Source of the DNA: Phoronis australis
Lineage: Eukaryota > Animalia > Phoronida
Direction of reading: 5' to 3'
Assembly (NCBI GenBank): GCA_002633005.1
Contig: NMRA01000188.1
Coordinates: 162,853 to 226,852, forward strand
DNA length: 64,000 nt
The translations under genes were made by a program, and so were the position numbers. Below, piece by piece: positions 58,844 through 64,000 of the stretch. Within the stretch, counting starts at the first letter, position 1. Every line of letters starts with the position of its first letter. Below the pieces are notes generated by a model. The model made no database searches, was not told where the DNA came from, and saw nothing but the letters and a program-made list of their open reading frames with translations.

Positions 58844-59964
58844 TGGTGTGATTGTTTGCTTAAAACCTCTACACTAGCCAGTGTGTGTGTGTCAAAAGCA
58901 AATATAGGAGGGCTATTTCAAAGTTCTTCAATACAACTTTCATTTCAGCGGCTTAGAAAGTCCACATTTTGAACTAGGGATCAACATCCAGACGGTGGTA
59001 GTATGCATTCATAAATCAACAGCTTTGTTTTTTTCTTACGGCACAGTCTCACCAATTTTGAACAAAACAATTGCCAAAATTACACTCTTTTTGTTTTTCA
59101 ATGTCTTCAAACATTGTTGTGGATGCCTAAAATTTTCAAAATATTTTTCCACGGTAGCTATGTAACAGGACATGGTAAAGCAATCATTTGATGCCATAGG
59201 ACATATCTTTTATGATAAAAATGAGAAAATAAAGTTTGACACGTCAGCTATATTGTGTCTTAAATTGGCGAGATTTTACAGAGTACGAAAAATCCAATTC
59301 CACAACAACATTCAGCAAAAATATGCTTCACAGATCTATTATTTCCACAGTCCTCCCACTCTAAATGTCAATGTCAGGGATCAGTCAAGTTCAATTATTC
59401 ATCAGGAGGGTTGTTTACCAATATTTGAAAATCATTACGATACTGATACCATTAACAGAAACGGCCAATTCGACACCAATACTCATTCAATATTCATATC
59501 AAATACTACCATTAAAACAATTGAACTCATACCATGTTTGATGATTAACCCATTTAAGCAATGACTCGTTCAAATTATACCACTTAGTACTCTTAATTGT
59601 GAGATTTAATTGTCCTTGTTTCATTATTCACTGTCACAGTACCACCACCAACAAGGAGGATAACCCTATCTATGTATGAGTTCGCACGTCTTAAGTACCA
59701 TAAAATTCTCCAATGGAACATTGAAAAATGCTTCGCCTGTGCAAAGTTTTAGAAACAGGCAATATCGGATATCCCAAATTTAAGATATAGGATAAAGACG
59801 AAATTTGCATTGGTAGCTATTTTCGTTGATTTCATGTAACACTTTGTCACTACAAAATTCAATGTCCAATATTTGAAAAATACGATGAACGTCAAAACTG
59901 TCCCATGTCCCAATATTAAGAAACAAGAAAATTCAATTATGGCTTAAATTTCAGAGTCCTAAAC

Positions 59965-60155
59965 TTTCGGGATGGTCCCAAATTTAACAGACTGTCCCAA
60001 ATGTTACAGAAGAGCCCTAATTTTAAAGACGGCCTCAGATTTTACAGACGCCGGTCCCACATTTTAAAGACAGTCCAAAAGTTTACACACGGTCCCAAAT
60101 TTTGCAGATGGTCCCAAAGTTTAAATACGGTCCCAAATTTTACATATGGTCCCAT
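59965..60155. repeat. Degenerate ~20-bp minisatellite
   Basis: About 9 copies of GGTCCCAAATTTTACAGA(C/T)-like units. Confidence 0.85.
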
Positions 60156-63100
60156 GTTGGTGAATTTTTAAATAAAATCCTATATCATATGTTACTGGTT
60201 CTGAAATGTCAAGGACTATGATGAGTTGTAAAAGAGAAGGCATTTCAAAATGATCCAGGAAATGTTTGACAGCATCTGCAAAGGTCAAGAAGGAGTCTTT
60301 AGTAAAGGTCATTTCCCTGTTCTGGGCACCTTATCACTGGTAGGTAGATAAAACAGAAGGCAAAACTATAACCTCTGGAAGAGAATGAACTATTGATAAA
60401 AGGCCAACAGGGTTACCATACATACACTACCTATACCACCTGAGTCATATGCAAGTCAATAATTTAAAAGAAAATTGGCCTAAGCAGCAGGAGAAGTGAA
60501 CCAATTGTGTCACAACATACTTTGAAACAATGTCCCTACAATAATTTGATATTGCCAATGGATGCAAACTGTAAAAGCGCTGGCTTATTTCTAATTGGAT
60601 TGGTGGTTATTCCACAAAATAAAAACAAAATTAGCCAAAACACTGCCTTGTAATTGTTGAGGATATCAGTGGCCCCTAGCAATAACTTTGATGGGACCGG
60701 AAGTTGATACTGCACCACAGTATCGACGCTCCCTGTTAAATCTGTTTACTGCGAAGTTAACTGGCACTGTTGACTCCGATACTAGATCGGAGTTAACCGT
60801 TCATACTGACCGCAATTCTCCAAAACATCAACGCGTCGGCGTTAATATGGAAGGGGCAAGTGCTCCATGAAGTGTCAGACAGAATCCTATGTTCACCCAC
60901 CTCACTATAAAACTGTCTCACTTAACTTATGCAAATTGGGCGCCAGTGGCTAGTCTCATGAAACAGTCCCAGCAGAGACTCGACAGAGTATGTTCCCTAA
61001 ACTTTCAGCACATTTGTGGACTTTGCGCAAACACAGATTGTTGAGCACATACCAATTGTCCTTACTTCTGCTATTTTATATTCACTGCTACGTCAAATCT
61101 TACTTCTGATACATACCGAAGTTCCTATTATTTTCATGTAACGTCCCTTTTATTTTCACCTAATTTTCAGATAAACTAGTAGAAAAGTTGTAAGGTAAAG
61201 AGAAGTGCACAATGAAAATAAAGTGATAGTTGTTATTGAAAAGTGGAGATGGACTCATTTGACTTCCAACAGACTGTTCAGATGTGGTGGAATAGGAAGA
61301 ATGGAGTCAGTTTCAATCAAAATTGAACGTTTGTCTGCCTTTTGATTTGTTACGTCAGATTTTACATTTGACTGTGTTCTTATTCCGCCACAGCTGAGCA
61401 GTCGGTGTGAGGTCTTTGTCAGATTGCCTTTTGAATTTTTAAATAAAAATGAAACTTTTACATGAACAAGACTGTTCTTATTTTGAATGCCCTTGAGGTA
61501 TCTGTTTCATATGTTAACCTCTTCAATTACACTAAGTTTGCTGGGCAAACAACTTGAAAAAAGGCACACTTTTTATCGTCAGGTGCGTCCAAAAGGCACA
61601 GGATCAAACCTGGTCAGGAATATCCCTGCAACTGTTACAATAAAGTTTCTTTAATTTAAAAAACAATACATGGTGGAATAGAGAAACCATACTATTATTT
61701 CATGGATAATTTCAAGAAAAAATAAGCAGGAAGAAAACTTTACTTGACTATTTGCGCAGCTCGCATTGTACAGCTGTCAACAACAAAGACATGATGAAAA
61801 TTTGGGAACTTAAACCATGCAACGAGCTCTTGAAAATGGAAAAATGACAGCTTTGGTAGTTAATGTTCGAATTGTAGGAAAGTTTGCCATGCCTTCTTAT
61901 ATTAACGTTCAAGGCTTTTCTAATACAGACAAAGTCACGACATTGAAGAACAAATAGGTAAAGTCATCAGTCTTGAAATAAAGGATGTGTCTCATCAGTA
62001 ATTTCCTGACAAATAACTTTGTTATGCAATCCGAAACTGTCAATTGCTTGCTTTATAACTGAAACCAACAGGTCACAGTGACACCTACTGGCCATGAAGT
62101 AGACTGAGAGGCATTTGCTGGAAAATACACACTGAGCACACTGACACCTACTGGCTGACTTTATTCAAGAACACGGCCTCATTGCATGGCATGCTTTCAG
62201 TAAACTAAAAATTGGGGACTCAAATATTGCAACACAATTTAAGTTTGAATGAGTCTTAAGTCAAGCTTTGGGTCAACCCATTCTGTTCAGTCTCTTGTAG
62301 AACACTACATGGGGATCTTCATGAAATAACAAATTAGCAATTTCAAATGTTACAGAGATTAGCATTGTAAATTCGAATCTGTAAAAGGAATACAACACAA
62401 TAACACTCAAAGTTATTGCTTTCATTACTAATAACCATCAAAAAACAACAAATATCACCTTGAAATTTTAGAACACACTGAAAATCTAATTTTGATATAT
62501 TCAACAAGATTCAACAAAATGACATTTAAGTATGTTGCGAACACTCCCCAATTTTCCAGTTGTCAGGGCTAAAACTTAAAATCTCTGAACTAGCAGGGAT
62601 TCACCAGTAGCTTATATCTTTAAGTCAGTCAACAATTGCTCAAAAGCAGAGTGAATTAAGACCACTGCTACCAGGGCCCTTGCAATACTGAGGGGAAAGG
62701 TGCATGTGCCTTGTGAAATGATTTCTATTGAGGGGATAATTCCTTCACCCCCACCCCAGTGACCATATAACAATTTGCATATTACTAGTAAGTGATTTCA
62801 AACTTGAGGAAATTTTGTAATCATTGTAATTTTATTTGGAAGGGGATTTTTGGGCCTGATGAGGGAAATTTCATGGCAGAATCAGGCCGATATTATGCTC
62901 CAAAATCAACACATCGCGGGCCCCGACTGTATGCTAAAGGAATACCTTACATATCATGCCTAAAGATTCTCTTACTCCTCCATGGTAATATAACAGGGCT
63001 GCTATCTGGAATAAATCCTCAGGGGCATCGTCCAGAATTTACCATCTGTCGCTTTTTGTTGTACTAGTTCAATACGAACTGTTGCACATACGCTAATGCA

Positions 63101-64000
63101 ATGAACACCCACAATTTTATTTCCAAGAGAGCGCAAACCCATGATCCCTTATGAAAAACATGTGAACCTGTCCAGTGGCTAAACAACTGACCAAAGACAG
63201 AGTGAATTCAGAAAGCTATGTTAATAAGTGTCAAACATGTAGTACTCAATTGCAGACTTGTCATAACTAGTTGTCAGTGCAACTTTAATTAGGAAACATG
63301 GATGTGTCAATTGAAAATCATTGCAATTCTGTTTAACACGTTCCACAACAGGATTACATGAATTTTTAACATTTTCAGTCAGTGCAGTAAACAACAAATT
63401 CTCTTTTAGATATGCAAAGGGACTTGACTCAAGTAACAGTCGAGCAAGTCAAGTTTGTTGATCAAATAAATTTTATATTCAGACATTAAAACATAATATT
63501 TATAGAAATTTGCAAGTTTTTAGTAAAGTTTACAATATCTTTTCAGGGAATAATTGCTCTTACCGACTACAAATTTTCAGAGTTGAAAGTCACCGAGTAG
63601 TGTTTCAAGAGCAAGATGCCAAGATGTAGATCTATTGCCCAGCATTCAGAACATTGACGCAGTTCGCACCTTAGTCAGTAGTAGTCCTTGATTTTGAGAA
63701 CCAGTTTCACCCTCTGCATAACAGGTGTTACTCACACAGATAAATGAACAGCATGCACATGGTTAGTCAGTGATTACCTGGTTCTCAGAATCAGAGACCA
63801 CTAAAATGACTACTGTCACAGATAATTTGAATTTTCATGTAAAATGTCGACCACACATCAGTTCATAGTCATTAAACCAACCTGATATTCGTATTAGCTA
63901 ATCAAGCCAGTTTTAACAGCGGGCAGTAGTCAGCCTGAGACTCAGTACTAGACCAAACATACTGTGTATGACGTATGTAAATTGTGAAGAGTTTGTCTAG

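Noticed and set aside
62852-62888. Hammerhead ribozyme (CTGATGA...GAAA)
   Set aside because: The CTGATGA sits in a simple GGCCTGAT/ATCAGGCC hairpin; stems II and III and the cleavage triplet cannot be built.

Overview
AT-rich, intron-rich genomic DNA from an invertebrate animal (exact taxon not determinable from this window). Three spliced protein-coding genes were reconstructed by hand from GT-AG boundaries and recalled homology. (1) The first coding exon of macoilin (MACO1/TMEM57; minus strand, 4694-4773); the rest of that gene lies left of the window. (2) A complete 16-exon CCT8/TCP-1 theta gene (plus strand, 5156-23646, 545 aa), head-to-head with macoilin across about 380 bp. (3) A convergent Tubby/TULP-family gene (minus strand, 12 coding exons, 54239 to 26921, about 545 aa with all cassettes). 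Introns carry many non-autonomous DNA-transposon derivatives, tRNA-derived SINE remnants and tandem repeats, and there is one 729-N gap. The most notable observations are a Kolobok-type element carrying a decayed KolX/P2X7-ballast-like gene, an alternative donor that toggles an Arg-Asp repeat in Tubby, a consensus RFX X-box beside a possible internal Tubby promoter, an intronic heat-shock element in CCT8, and a repeat family with CTCF-like motifs at about 145-bp spacing. No clearly new biological system can be demonstrated from the sequence alone. Most ORF-track entries are spurious.
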